The notes under the pieces are model-generated. The model searched no databases. It saw nothing but the letters and a program-made list of their open reading frames with translations, and was not told the origin of the DNA. From assembly GCA_963666485.2 (NCBI GenBank), contig CAXXUO010000002.1:224001-288000 (forward strand): 64,000 nt of DNA, read 5' to 3'. The stretch is from Syntrophorhabdaceae bacterium (lineage in GTDB: Bacteria; Desulfobacterota; Syntrophorhabdia; Syntrophorhabdales; Syntrophorhabdaceae). Position numbers and translations under genes: made by a program. Below, in pieces: positions 1 through 9,300 of the stretch; within the stretch, counting starts at the first letter, position 1; the number at the start of each line of letters is the position of its first letter.

Positions 1-1699
1 GGAACGGGCCCGCTTCGCCGGGGTCAATGCCCTCCCGCCCAAGAAGCGCCAGGGCATCCCCGGGCACCTGCGCAAAGACGATCGTGTACCCCGCCGATCT
101 GGCCTGTTCCCCCATCTTTATGAACGTATTGACTGCCGATGAATCGAGCCCGTTGACAAGGCGGAAATCGAGGACGGCGAACCGGAGAGCGTCACGTGTC
201 GCGTCATTTGCCCTCTTGCGGATCCTGTCGTACAGGTCGTTCGCGGTCCCGAAGAAGATAAAACCCTGCAGTTTCAAGATATAAATGCTGCTGCCCTTTT
301 CCGAGAGTATCGCCTTCTGCGCGGGGGCACGGTCCACATTGCTCTGGAAACTGATCCCCGACAACGAATGCTTGACGACGCTTACATGGCTGTATTTGAC
401 AACGAATATCACGATCGCGACGAGCATCCCGACGGCGACCCCCTGGAGGAAACCGAACATCCCGATGATAACGAGAATGAAGACGATGAGGGCATAATCG
501 GTCTTTGGAAGCCGCGTCCACGTGCGGTAGAGCCATTCATAAAGAAATGTCAACCCCAGGAAAAGCAGTACGCCGCCCATGATCGGCCGCGGGAAGTACG
601 CGAGCAGGGAACTGCCGAAGAGTATGATGGAACCGCACAGGACGGCCGAGATCACGCCCACCATGCGGCTCTTTGCCCCCATTGAATACCCGAGGGCCGA
701 AAGGCTCAGGGAGTGGAACCCGACCGTGCTCCCCGTAAAGCCGGAAAGCAGGTTGGCATATCCTGTCGCGCGCAACTCCCTGTTCAGGTCGATGTCCTCC
801 TTCACGACGATCTCCAGCCCGCTTGCGTTCAGCAAAAGCGATATGCAGCTCAAGATGAGGATGGTCAGGATCTTGCCCGTCTGCGCGGCGACAAGCCTCC
901 AGTCGATCTGTGCGACGGTCGACATCGTCAGGTCCCGTGCCCCGCTGCCTTCAATAGACCCGATCAGCCAGCCCCCGGCCTTCAGGTCGGTAAACGTGGC
1001 CCCCACCGAATGTGCGACTATGTAAAAGAGGATAAAGGAGATCGTGAGCCAGACGGGCATCACGAGATAATGATTGCGCCAGCGCAGGATAAAGAAAAGC
1101 ACGAGGGCGAATGCAAGGCCCGGCAGCCATTTGGCCAGAAGACCGGACGAGGCGAGATACGCCATGTTCTCCACCGTGAGCGCCCTGCCTGTCATGACGC
1201 CGAACGCCCCTTTGACGAGAAGCAGGCCCGTCCCGGCGAGAAACCCCCCGATAACGGGATACGGCACGAAGCGTATGAGGTTGCCTAAATTGAGGTATCC
1301 CAGGATGAGGAAGAAGACCCCGGTTGCGCACGACGTGATAAAAATGGCGGCAATGACCGTCGCGAAAACCGCACCGCCGGTTGCCCCCGCGGTCATGTGG
1401 CCGGCGATCGAGGCGGCGATGATCGCGACGATGGCCGCGGGTATCTCATGCGGGCGCGCAACCGTGCCGGCATAGGAACTCGTCAGCGCGGTCACGACGC
1501 CGAGGATGAATGCGCCGAAAAGGATAAGCGAGATGCCGGTCGAGACATAGCCCGAAAGAGGGCCTGAAAATATAAGGGCCGAAAAGGCGCAGGCCATCGC
1601 GATGGTCAGGACGCCCGAAATGAGACCGGCGGTCGCGATCGTAAGGTAACGGCCGGGTGCCGGGGCTGAAAGCTCACCGCTTAGCGCATTGTCCGCCAT
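1..1699 (-). CDS. SulP-family anion transporter with STAS domain (3' end runs off the window)
   Basis: Not in the ORF track because it is truncated. Manual translation from ATG 1699 gives MADNALSGELSAPAPGRYLTIATAGLISGVLTIAMACAFSALIFSGPLS..., many TM segments, then STAS-like ILKLQGFIFFGTANDLY...VLDFRLVNGLDSSA. Confidence 0.85.
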   Translation of the reverse strand, partial: MADNALSGELSAPAPGRYLTIATAGLISGVLTIAMACAFSALIFSGPLSGYVSTGISLILFGAFILGVVTALTSSYAGTVARPHEIPAAIVAIIAASIAGHMTAGATGGAVFATVIAAIFITSCATGVFFLILGYLNLGNLIRFVPYPVIGGFLAGTGLLLVKGAFGVMTGRALTVENMAYLASSGLLAKWLPGLAFALVLFFILRWRNHYLVMPVWLTISFILFYIVAHSVGATFTDLKAGGWLIGSIEGSGARDLTMSTVAQIDWRLVAAQTGKILTILILSCISLLLNASGLEIVVKEDIDLNRELRATGYANLLSGFTGSTVGFHSLSLSALGYSMGAKSRMVGVISAVLCGSIILFGSSLLAYFPRPIMGGVLLFLGLTFLYEWLYRTWTRLPKTDYALIVFILVIIGMFGFLQGVAVGMLVAIVIFVVKYSHVSVVKHSLSGISFQSNVDRAPAQKAILSEKGSSIYILKLQGFIFFGTANDLYDRIRKRANDATRDALRFAVLDFRLVNGLDSSAVNTFIKMGEQARSAGYTIVFAQVPGDALALLGREGIDPGEAGPF

Positions 1700-1706
1700 A
1701 TCCCTC

Positions 1707-1735
1707 ACAATAACGGGATATTAAGCTCTTGTCAA
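1707..1735 (-). promoter_or_regulatory. sigma70-like promoter of the SulP gene (probably leaderless)
   Basis: TTGACA (1735-1730), 17-bp spacer, TATTGT (1712-1707), then 7 nt to the ATG at 1699. Confidence 0.65.
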
Positions 1736-1743
1736 TCTGAACC

Positions 1744-3138
1744 TTACGGCGGCGTGGCTTTGCTGCCGTCGAGCATCTGCAGGTTGTTCATGGCATGCTC
1801 GAGCCCGGGATCTATCTCGAGCGCGCGCAGATATGCCTCGCGGGCGTCGCCCTTACGGCCGGCAAGGTAATACGCGTATCCCAGGTTATTGTAGGCCCGC
1901 GCATTTGCAGGGGATTTCTTCACCGTATCTTCCCACAGGGCTGTTTCGCTTGAATACACGCGGTTCCGGGCAACGGTAAAAGAACCGAGAACGATCGAGA
2001 TACACACCAGGAATATCACAAAAAAGCGAAACCGCGGAAGTCTCCGGTAAAAAAATGACGTTATCGCAATTGCCGCTGCGAGGAACAATCCCCAGCTCGC
2101 GTGATAGAAATGCCGGTCGCTTATACTGTCGATACGCGGTATCAGGACCACCATGGCCATGGCAAGAAAGAACCAGCATATCCCGAAGGCGACATACGCC
2201 CTCTTCCGCACAATTCCCAGGAGGGTGATAACGGCAAGCACAACGACAGCCGCAGTCTGAAGGGAAAAAGCGGACGAGGTGAACAGTTCACCGGGGTCGA
2301 TATTGAGCCGGTTCGGCAGGAACAGGTGGAAGAGAAGCTCCCCGGCGGCCGTCGCCTGGCCGATGAGGTTCTCCCTGAACCCCCTTAACCCGAAACTGTA
2401 CATGAGAATGTAGCGGTACCGGGGATGGGCGAGGACCATGGCAATGATCCCCGCAAAAAGCGCCCAATGGACCCATTGCCGGGACAGCGTTTTCTTGAAG
2501 GGCCTTACATGACCCGTGCCCGCCTCGTACAGGACAAGGGCCAAGGGTAGGGTGATGGCGTATTCCTTGGTTGCGACCCCCATGAGGAACAGAAGCGGCG
2601 ACAGGGCATACAGCCAGATCTTTTTCCCTTCCCGCGAACCCTTCACGTAAGCGGCGATGCTCCCCAGGCAGAACATCGTCATCAAAGAAGCGCTGCGCCC
2701 GCTTATATATGTGACGGCTTCCGTCTGGATGGGGTGCAGGGCGAACAGAAGTGCTGTCAGGAGGGCTGCCGGGTATGCGCCGTTTTCGGGAAGGCCCGTT
2801 TTGCTTTCCTTCACAAAAGAGACTGTGAGGTTGTATACGAGAAGTACATTAATGAGATGGATGGCAAGGTTGAATACGTGAAATCCGAACACCCCCGCGG
2901 GCGATGTCCAGTTCAGGGTATACGTTAGCTTGAGCAAAGGCCGGATGCCGGGAACGAACTGTTTCCAGAAGGCAGGCCATGAATGTACGGCCGGGTTGAA
3001 CACGATGACGTTGTAGTCATCGAGCTGGAACACACCCCGGAATGAGTTGATATAGACGATAAGCGCCGCGCCGAGCGGTATCAACGCGTATAAAGCACGG
3101 CTCGCGTCGGGCCAGTTCTTATTTTCCGAAGAAACCAC
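1744..3138 (-). CDS. TMTC-like GT-C membrane glycosyltransferase (protein O-mannosyltransferase-like) with C-terminal TPR
   Basis: Multi-TM protein with a DD motif after TM1 (FQLDDYNVI), HPIQTEAVTYISGR motif and C-terminal TPR (ARAYNNLGYAYY...ALEIDP). Start uncertain: GTG 3138 or 3165. Confidence 0.8.
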   Translation of the reverse strand: MVSSENKNWPDASRALYALIPLGAALIVYINSFRGVFQLDDYNVIVFNPAVHSWPAFWKQFVPGIRPLLKLTYTLNWTSPAGVFGFHVFNLAIHLINVLLVYNLTVSFVKESKTGLPENGAYPAALLTALLFALHPIQTEAVTYISGRSASLMTMFCLGSIAAYVKGSREGKKIWLYALSPLLFLMGVATKEYAITLPLALVLYEAGTGHVRPFKKTLSRQWVHWALFAGIIAMVLAHPRYRYILMYSFGLRGFRENLIGQATAAGELLFHLFLPNRLNIDPGELFTSSAFSLQTAAVVVLAVITLLGIVRKRAYVAFGICWFFLAMAMVVLIPRIDSISDRHFYHASWGLFLAAAIAITSFFYRRLPRFRFFVIFLVCISIVLGSFTVARNRVYSSETALWEDTVKKSPANARAYNNLGYAYYLAGRKGDAREAYLRALEIDPGLEHAMNNLQMLDGSKATPP

Positions 3139-3388
3139 CAGCCTTCTTGAAAACGTCAACAACACCCGGTGCCGGGTTGGAAGGATTCACCGACGGAACA
3201 GGGACAGGTTGTGAATTGCCTGTCTGCCCTGTGTTCTGGCGCGACGTACCGCTTCTGCCTGACGAGCTGTCCTGCCCCCCGGAGCCCGGCAGCTGCAGGC
3301 CGGGTATGGTCTGGCTCCCGGCTTCGCATACCATGAACAAAAAGCACAGGCCGAGGATAATAAGGGAAATGATCTTGACAGTTTTCAC
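3119..3388 (-). CDS. small exported Ser/Gly/Pro/Thr-rich protein (89 aa)
   Basis: GTG start with GGAGG RBS, signal-peptide-like N-terminus, low-complexity body; sits between two co-directional genes. Confidence 0.7.
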   Translation of the reverse strand: MKTVKIISLIILGLCFLFMVCEAGSQTIPGLQLPGSGGQDSSSGRSGTSRQNTGQTGNSQPVPVPSVNPSNPAPGVVDVFKKAGGFFGK

Positions 3389-3404
3389 GGTGCCTCCTGC
3401 AGCA

Positions 3405-6308
3405 TTAACGGACCACGGCGATCGGGAAATCCTGGATCGTCTGCGGCTTTGCCGTTGTGGGCGTCTGCCTGCCCTGGGTTAACTCTTTTACTCTCTCGGA
3501 CAGGTAAAGGTCAAGCATATTGATGGTGACCCTGCCTTTCCCTGTCATGTCGGCCTTTCCGCCGAGACCGTCGATCAAGGCCCTCGTAAAAGCGCCGTTG
3601 TTCCACTTCTGGTCTTCGAGCGACTGCTGGCGCCCTGTCGACGATGTAAAAACGACAGCACCGTTCTCGGCACTGATCAGCTCGTTGACAATGCCGTCGA
3701 TGTTCGGCGCGATCGCCTTTGCCCCTCTTTTGCCGAGGACGTCGCCCGCATGGCAGGTATCCATGAAAACGATCACCTTGCCGGGAATCGATGCCACCGC
3801 GTCCTTGATATAGGTGAAAAGGACACTCGTCGACTCGAGCCGTGCCTTGTCAAAATCGGACGGTATGAAATAATACTGCCCCGAGCTGTTGTCCCCGTGT
3901 GACGACATAAATATCATGGCGACATCGTGCTGCGTCGCGGAGCGCTTGAGCCATTGCAGGCCATCAACGACATTTTCCCGGGTCGCCTGCGCATCCGTCA
4001 GGACCTTCGTCGAAACGTCGCGGTACAGCTTTCCTTTCTGGGCATTCATCGCGCCGGCGAAATCGATGGCATCTTTCGCGGCAAACTTCAGGTTGTTCTC
4101 GGGATGCTTCGTGTACCTGCTGACGCCGATGGCGAGAACGTACAGTTTCGGCTTGATCGTGAAGCCCTCGGCAGCCGGCTGCTGCGCGTTGGTCCTCATG
4201 ACCCGGACGGATGCGGCCTCGCTCGTCGTGTTCTTTGTCATCGCGATAACGCTTATCGTGTTCTGCGGCCCGTCGATCGCCACGTCGACAGTCCTCGCAA
4301 CCGATCCTTTGCCTGTCGACGGCCGTGTGCCTGCTCCCTCGAGGACGATGTCGCGCGCCTGCGGTATCGGGCGGCCGTCAACGAGGACCTTTATGCCGGT
4401 TACCGGCGCGCCGGACGGAGATTCCACGGAAAATTTTACAGGAACTGTATTCGCACCGACCCGGGCCCCGTCGGCGGGTGACGTTATGCGGACCACCGGC
4501 GGAAGGTTCCCGGCGATGGATGACTGTGCCGCCTGCTGACCGGATGCTGTGAGCGCCCCGCCTTCATCGTAGGTCGTCATGAGATTTGCCAGGACCTCGG
4601 GATGGTAATATGTTTTCCGGAACTGGGCGACGGGATAGAAGTACGCCTCCCGGTCCCAGCCGTTGTTGACATGCCAGCCAAGGATCGAATCAGCGCCGGG
4701 GCTCGCCGCGTAGTAACCGCGGGGCGTCCATGCCACCCAGGGTTTCCTCGGGCCGTCAAACCTGAGGACACGGAACATTGCAGCCAGTTGCGTCCCGTCG
4801 GATACCCGGTACCACCGTATCGTCCCGTCGTCATGGCCCACCACGAGCACCTTGCCGTTCTGCGAAACATTCGCGACCCACGGTACGGAGAAGGCACGTT
4901 TCTTCCATATGACTTTGCCGCTTGCGTCAAACCGGAAGATAGACCAGTTCGACCCGACGATAAAAGATTGCCCTCCCGGGACTATTACGGCGCTTCTCGC
5001 CATCTCATCCTTTCCAAGATCGATCTTCTGATCATTGAGCCTGAAGCCATCCCTGTCCCTGATGCCCGTCAATTTCATCCCGGGCGCAGAGCGGATGGGA
5101 TCGGCAAGTTCGGAATCACGCCCTGACGCGGCGTCAAAATCACCATCCACAAGGGAGAACCTGTACGTGATGGCCTGCTCTCTTCCGAAGACCAGGCCGA
5201 TCGCACTGCCGTCCCCGGAAACCCTGATGGTCGTGCTCCGATAATCAGTCCCCACATCGGACCTGGTGAACAGGCGCTTACCCTCCGGTGTGAATCCGCC
5301 GAGGATGGGGTCCGCCGTGGCATACACCACGTTCCCGCCGGGAATGGTCCGGGTGACAAGTATCGTATTGGCCCCGGACACCACCCACGTGACACTGCCC
5401 CTGCCCGCATCGTCAAAGACGCCTATGACGTATCTTCCGTCCCGGATATACGTGCCCCCGGCGATAAGCCTCTGACCGTCGGGCGACCATGCAACGGCTG
5501 CAAGGCCCTGATTTTTCTTGAGGCTGGAAAGATCGGGTGAATAGAGGAATTTCAGGTCGTCACCCGACAGGACCTCGATGTCCGGCGTGCCGGATATCCC
5601 TGCCGCAATGCGTTTGCCATCCGGAGAGAACCTGACCTGCGCGGCGTTGCCGGTACGCGTCCTGGCCCGCGCGATCTGTTTCAGGCCCCGGTCATACAGG
5701 ATCACATCCCCGTTTCCTGAAGAGGCTGCCCAGCGGCCTGACCGGTCACAATCGATGGTCCTGACAGCCCCGGAAAATTCCGGTGTTCGGGCGATACGCG
5801 CGAATGTGGCGGCATCCACCGTATGTATGCCGCCGGAGTTGAGGCCGACCGCCAGTATTTTCCCGTCGGACGAATACGCAAGATATCGCGGGCGGTCGGG
5901 AAACCCGTTCAATCGCTTCACCATCCTGCCTGACGCACGGTCGTAAAAATACAGGGAATAATCGTTCGGGGCAGAATTCGTAAAGCCGCCGAACGCGACC
6001 ACCTCTCCGTCAGGCGAGATCGCAGCCGCACTGATGACCCCCTGCGAGCCCTCGTCGATGGGGAAGCGCAGCGCTCTTACAAGTTTGCCGTCGGGCAGCG
6101 ACCAGATCCTCACCTGTTTTTCCGAAGCCGTTACCATGAACCTGCCGGCGGCGTCGATGGACATTGTATAGATCGCCGAATTATGCGTGCCCGTATCCAG
6201 TTGGATTATGGGGTTGGATGTCAGGGCGAGCCCCCCTGCCGGAACGATCAAAAGGAAGAGGGAAATCAATGCCGTCACGTGAAAAACCGCAACCGCCGTC
6301 TTGCGCAT
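3405..6308 (-). CDS. exported WD40 beta-propeller + Ig-like + caspase-family (peptidase C14) protein
   Basis: ATG 6308 with GGAGG RBS and signal peptide; WD40-like repeats; C14 domain LYVLAIGVSRY...AKDA, catalytic SSHG and MDTCHAG. Confidence 0.9.
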   Translation of the reverse strand: MRKTAVAVFHVTALISLFLLIVPAGGLALTSNPIIQLDTGTHNSAIYTMSIDAAGRFMVTASEKQVRIWSLPDGKLVRALRFPIDEGSQGVISAAAISPDGEVVAFGGFTNSAPNDYSLYFYDRASGRMVKRLNGFPDRPRYLAYSSDGKILAVGLNSGGIHTVDAATFARIARTPEFSGAVRTIDCDRSGRWAASSGNGDVILYDRGLKQIARARTRTGNAAQVRFSPDGKRIAAGISGTPDIEVLSGDDLKFLYSPDLSSLKKNQGLAAVAWSPDGQRLIAGGTYIRDGRYVIGVFDDAGRGSVTWVVSGANTILVTRTIPGGNVVYATADPILGGFTPEGKRLFTRSDVGTDYRSTTIRVSGDGSAIGLVFGREQAITYRFSLVDGDFDAASGRDSELADPIRSAPGMKLTGIRDRDGFRLNDQKIDLGKDEMARSAVIVPGGQSFIVGSNWSIFRFDASGKVIWKKRAFSVPWVANVSQNGKVLVVGHDDGTIRWYRVSDGTQLAAMFRVLRFDGPRKPWVAWTPRGYYAASPGADSILGWHVNNGWDREAYFYPVAQFRKTYYHPEVLANLMTTYDEGGALTASGQQAAQSSIAGNLPPVVRITSPADGARVGANTVPVKFSVESPSGAPVTGIKVLVDGRPIPQARDIVLEGAGTRPSTGKGSVARTVDVAIDGPQNTISVIAMTKNTTSEAASVRVMRTNAQQPAAEGFTIKPKLYVLAIGVSRYTKHPENNLKFAAKDAIDFAGAMNAQKGKLYRDVSTKVLTDAQATRENVVDGLQWLKRSATQHDVAMIFMSSHGDNSSGQYYFIPSDFDKARLESTSVLFTYIKDAVASIPGKVIVFMDTCHAGDVLGKRGAKAIAPNIDGIVNELISAENGAVVFTSSTGRQQSLEDQKWNNGAFTRALIDGLGGKADMTGKGRVTINMLDLYLSERVKELTQGRQTPTTAKPQTIQDFPIAVVR

Positions 6309-6348
6309 AATGCCTCCCTTGCTATTGCGAGATATGATCCACCACGGG

Positions 6349-9300
6349 TCAGCGGATGCGCTGCACCGCGTATGTCCGCGAATCACCGCCTTCCGTCGCG
6401 CGGACCGTGCATGAGAACTGGTTGCCGCTTCCGTCCATCACAAAACTGAAGGTCCCCGAGTTCTTCGCATCGCTTGCTTCGCGGAAAGTACCCTTCGCCG
6501 TGTTGCCGGCAATGGTGCCTTCGAGCGGCCCTCCGAGTGTTTCCGTCTGACGTGCACCCGATGACGTCTTGTACGGGACATTGACCGAAAAAGTACCCGT
6601 GATGCGCGTACCGCTCGATGTCAGGCTGAAGGTAATGACCTCACCCTCGCGGCCGGCTGAGCTCTTCCATGAACCCGAAAATGACACCGCAGCCGCAGGG
6701 CCGTGCGAGGTCTCCACCGGTTTCGCGGTATATACCCTTCCCGTCTGGGTGCCCGGCTTGCTGGCGGCATACGAGGCTTCCAGCTGTTTCACATAATTTG
6801 CCATCGCGGTGTCGTTCGGCGCATACCTCAGGTATTCCCTGTATGCGGCAATCGCCTCGGGGATCTTGTTCTGTTTTTGCAATTGCTCGCCCTGCTGGCG
6901 CAGCTGCATGGCGTGCTGTGAATTCTTCTGGTCGGCGGCATATTTCGCTTCCAGTGTTTTTATGTAATTTGCCATCGCGGTGTCGTTCGGTGCATATTTC
7001 AGGTATTCCTTATACTTCATCACCGCTTCGGGGATCTTGTTCTGCTTCTGGAAGGCCTCACCTTCGGAACGCAGCACCTTCGCACGGGCCTCAATGGCCC
7101 TGGCGTCCGCCTGTTTCTTCAATTCCGCCTCGAGCTGCCGTATATAATCCTGCAATTTCGGGTCGGGCTGGCACTTCAGGCTTTCACGATACTTATCGAT
7201 GGCATCGGCGTATCTCTTCTGCTGCGCGAGGGCGTCACCCTGCTGGCGCAGGGCCTGGCACGCCTGTTTCGCTGCCGCTTGTTTTTTCAGCGAATCATCG
7301 AGCTGGGCTGCATATGTTACGCGCTGTTTGTTCCCCGGAGCACAGGCGATGTTCTCTTTGAACTTCGCGAGCGCATCGGCATGCTTGCCTGCATTGTAAA
7401 GCGCCTGGCCTTCGGTCCATTTGGCCTCGCACTTACGGGCCGCATCATCTTTCTTCGCCTTTGCCTGCTGCAATTCATTAAGCTTCCCCTTGAGCTTGTT
7501 CCCGTGGATCTCCATGTCCCCGTTGCGAGGACGGATCTTGAGGCCTTCTTCGGCCGAGGCTATGCCTTTTTTGATCGTCGCCTCGTCGAGAGGCTGCGTC
7601 GTCGTGGCAAGCCCGGCGACGTACGCATAAAGCTCCTTGAACCTCTTATCTTTGAGGCCCGCGTCTTCCTTGAGCTTCGAGTATTTTGCGTAGTCAGGGT
7701 CTTTGATGTCCCCGTTGTCCCGCATGGCCTTGAGCCCCTGTTCATAACTCGTTGAGGCCGCCTCGAAATTATAGGAGCGGTAATACTGGTCCCCCGTATT
7801 GAAGAAGGATTGCGCGTACGCCTTCGCGTTGGCATTCTTTTGCTTTTTCTCCATCGCCGCGGCAAGCTCATTTATCTGTGCCCGCCTCGGATCGTCGGCC
7901 TTGAAGCGCGCGGCTTTGTCCTTGAGTTCCTTGACGACCGCCGCGATCGCGTTCGGGTCCGAGGGTACACCCCGCGCGAAATTGGCCTTCGCGGTCTCGT
8001 AATACTGCATCGCGTCGCGCTTCATTGCGAGCATCGTGTTTATCGTCCCGAGCGCGGCTTCGTAGTGCTTTTTATCCGCAGGGTTCAGTTCATATGTCAG
8101 GACCTGCTTGACGTGGACCTCGGCCTTTTCCCAGTCCTCCGCCTTGAACAGGCGCGTCCATTCCGCGTTGCTCTTCTGCGAGAAGTCGTTGTACCATGCG
8201 ATCCCTTTATTGAAATCCGCCGTCACGCGGGCCCACAACGGGTTGGTCGACGCCTGTCCCCCTGCCTGTTCGCGCAGGATGTCCTGTATCTCGAGCATCG
8301 CCTTTTGGGCCGACCATATCTTTTTCTGTGCTATAAATGCATCGAATTCTTTTGTTTTTGCCTCGACGCGCGGCCATGCATCGGCGTATTTCTTCGCCTC
8401 TTCGAGCTTCTTTTTCGCATCGGCATCCGCGGGGTTGAGCTTTACCGCCTGTTCAAGCCGTTTTATCGCTTCTTTATGATCTGCCTTATTGAGGGCGTCC
8501 CATCCCATCTTCTTGCAGTCCTGCGAAAATTGGTTAAGAACGGGTGCGGCCAGTTTCGGGTCCGTCTTTGCCGCGTCTTCGGCGGCAGCAATTGCCTCAT
8601 CGTATTTCTTCTGCGACCAGAGCTGCTTTGCGGAGTCGAGCTTTTTCTTCGCCTCATCCTTTTTCTTGCCCGTCGACACGTCGGACTGGGAGATGGTGAC
8701 GCTGAGCGACCCGGTGCCGCTGCCTAAGTCCGCTCCATCGGCCGACTTGACGGCGCACGTCATCGTGTACGAACCGGTCTTGCTGCATGTTACCCCGGTT
8801 TCCTTTGACGATGGTCCCGAGATGCTGCAGCCTTCGGGGGCTACGGTCCACTGATAACGGAGATTTTCTGTGGCCGGGGTCACGCTCGCCGCGAACTCGA
8901 CCCGCTGCCCTTCCGCTATCTGGCGGTCCGCCGATACCAGCCCGACGCCTTCCTTCCAGATCATCGGGGGCGGCCCGGCGATCTTCGGGCCTGTTACGGT
9001 AACGGATGGTTTCTTCGCAGTAACCGTGATCTTTTCAACACCGATCTCATCGCCGCCGTCCTTTGCCTTCGCGTGAGCGGTCACGGTGACGGGTTTGTCA
9101 TCTTTCGGTTTATAGGTGTATGTCTTCTGGTCCTGTGTCGCGGCACCCCCGCTCTGCGTGTTGCCGGCTGCCTCCCACCAGTATGAGACGGTCTGCTGGT
9201 CGAGTTTGGGCTGTTCCGTCAGCGTAATCTTCACCTCCTGCCCGACAAGCGGTTCAGCAGGCTCGGCCTTCAGGGTTATCCCGGGCTTCACGACCTGGAT

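Noticed and set aside
27..1475. Plus-strand ORFs at the window start
   Set aside because: Shadows of the truncated minus-strand SulP gene.
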